Below, in pieces: positions 62,080-64,000 of a stretch of DNA of 64,000 nt (its first letter is position 1; each line of letters begins with the position of its first letter). The DNA lies in the NCBI RefSeq assembly GCF_048593235.1, contig NC_133621.1:231467238-231531237 (forward strand). Direction: 5' to 3'. Source of the stretch: Sminthopsis crassicaudata. Lineage: Eukaryota. Made by a program: the position numbers and the translations under genes. Under the pieces are notes generated by a model, which was given only the letters and a program-made list of their open reading frames with translations, was not told the DNA's origin and did not search any database.

Positions 62080-63350
62080 CACTGGAGGGCAGCCCGGGTG
62101 GAAGGATTGGGGGGGCGGTTCCCTGTGACAGTGGGCTTTCCCTGCCCCAGAACCCCCACTCCACAGCTTCTCGCCGCAGCGAGGTCTTCCGCCTGCCCCA
62201 CACCGCGCCCCCCTCCCCCCCACTTGCTATCTCCTCAGCCACCGCACCACCCTGGGAGCCCAGGAAGAGAAGGAGGGAGAGCCCGTGCTTCTGGCTGATG
62301 AGGCTACCCGGGGCGTGCGACACGCGCGTGGGGGACCCACCTGGGGTAGTTCCGGGAGCCCAGCGGTCTGCAGCAGGTCCTGGAGAGCTGGGACCAGACG
62401 CCTGCTCAGCGCCGAACCACCGTGGGGCTCATGGCTGAGAGCGGGAGAGCCCCCGGCCGATGCGCCGCGCCTAGCAGAGCCCTGCAGGGAGCGGCCCGCC
62501 CGGTCCGGCTCAGCCCGCCCGCCCGATCAGCTCGCTTCAGCTCCGTCCGCCTTGGCTCGGCGCGCTGTGCTTTCAGCCCTGGGATCTGCAGGGATCCATC
62601 GTCCGGCCGGGGAGGCTGGGAGGTGGGGAGGCGGGGAGGCAGGGAGGCAAGAAGGCGGTCGGTCGGGTGGGGGGCGCGTGCGCGTGCGTGCTTGAGTGTG
62701 AGTGAGTGTGTCTGTGCCTGCCGTGTGCTTTTGTGCGCGGGGGGGATCCTGGATCTGGGAAAGCGGGGATAGCAGAAGTCAGTGTGACTCTGCCACCCTC
62801 CCCGCCGCTCCCTGCCCCTCTTTCTCGGATAGCGCTATTCCTCCGATGCTCTCGCTCCGAGGTCAGATGGCGAGGGGCTCGAGAGGGCTGGAGCGCAGGG
62901 GTTGTGCATCCCTGGCTCTGGGAGAGAGCCTCCCGGTGTGTCGGCAGCTCGGCGTCCGCTTCCCAGAGCTGTCTCGGATCGATGGTCCTGCTCCTTGCTG
63001 CTGCTGCTTCCTCTGGTGGCTGCAGTTGTACATACACGCACATCCCCGGTTACAGACACACACACGCGAGCACACGGTCACACCGAACAAAGACAAAATA
63101 CCCCCACACCGACATAAACAACTGCCCGGCCCGCCGAGACCCACTGACATATCCGTGCTCCCATTTCCACATGGAACAGTCACGGACGGAAACTTACCGC
63201 CCAGACACAATCGGAGGCACGCATTCTCGTTTGTACCTTTGCACAACCAGACCCTCACAGGCGCAGTCACTCTCATTCTGACACATTTGCACCCAGACCC
63301 AGGACATGCACAAACCTGCGCGCCCTCGATTCTCTGACCCTGTTTCGTAG
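62080..63350 (-). promoter_or_regulatory. ASIC1: ASIC1a CpG-island promoter and non-coding exon 1 (boundaries uncertain, ~62650..62308)
   Basis: CpG island about 0.9 kb upstream of the exon-2 acceptor (61431). The only donor-like site found is a weak CGG|GTAGCC at 62308/62307. Confidence 0.6.
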
Positions 63351-64000
63351 GCTTAACCTTGTTTTAAGAGGTGAGCCCTGTTCTAGCTGGAGGAGAAAGA
63401 GGAAAGGCCCTGGAGCCTTACATTTCTACAAGGCTGGAGGAAAAAGAGGAGAGAAGCAGATGACTGAAGTGGAGGAAACTTGGGCAAAAGAATGAGAGGA
63501 AAAAATAAATCCAGTTGGGAAAGAGAGAAGCGCCAAGGGAGAACGAGAGTTTAGAGGAGGACTGACCGGGTGAAGGAGGGAGAGAAGACAGAACTGGGAA
63601 GCTGAGGTGCCGGGGTTTGTGGAGCTACTTCAGGGGACAGTGGAAGGTGAGGTGTACTCACCGCGGGTCTGCCCTTCACAATCTTCCCATCATCAGATGC
63701 CTTGCTGGGCTCTCCCCGTCTAATTAACAGGAAAGGAGCAATCAAGGCGAAGGTGTTAATTTGCTGATGCTCATTAGGAGCTTTTAGCACTGAGGCTGCT
63801 GAGGTCCTGATGTTTTTAGATTATTGGGAAAGAAGGCGGTGATGGGCAGAGGGAGGTTAGAGTCTGGGGAAGGTGCTGGAGAAAGCGGCCTGGAATTTAA
63901 TTTCTACATTTCCATACAAAAGCCTAGAGCTGGAGCCTGGGAAAGGCTGGAAAAGGAGAAGGAGCAGAGAAGTGTGAAGATTAAAATTAAAAGGATAAGA

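Noticed and set aside
61988-63337. Many 70-211 aa ORFs at the ASIC1 promoter
   Set aside because: Produced by (TG)n and CpG-island composition; low-complexity translations.

Overview
Marsupial genomic window. WSINE1- and MAR1-type SINEs and a gapped assembly suggest an Australian marsupial, possibly Tasmanian devil (inference). It is syntenic with human 12q13.12, with four genes head-to-tail on the minus strand. ASIC1 is complete: the 1a isoform is 526 aa (61414..32342) and the 1b isoform, from an alternative first coding exon at 42429..41779, is 557 aa. SMARCD1 has 13 exons and 515 aa (28695..20321). GPD1 has 8 exons and 349 aa (16006..10943). By synteny, a CpG-island promoter and non-coding first exon near 7.6 kb probably belong to COX14, whose coding exon is not in the window. 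All coding exons were reconstructed by hand with GT-AG boundaries and sum to intact ORFs. The rest is SINE, L1, L2 and MITE debris, microsatellites and three N gaps; most entries in the ORF track are spurious. The most unusual element is a DNA-level partial duplicate of ASIC1 exon 5 inside intron 6. It keeps its splice acceptor, has an immediate in-frame TAA and has gained a donor-like AAG|GTACAG, so it is a candidate 29-nt poison micro-exon. Also notable are ASIC1 substitutions at known gating and toxin sites (1a Q84H; 1a-like Arg in 1b), a perfect DR1 element downstream of GPD1, and a nested, internally deleted SINE. No new multi-gene system is demonstrated.
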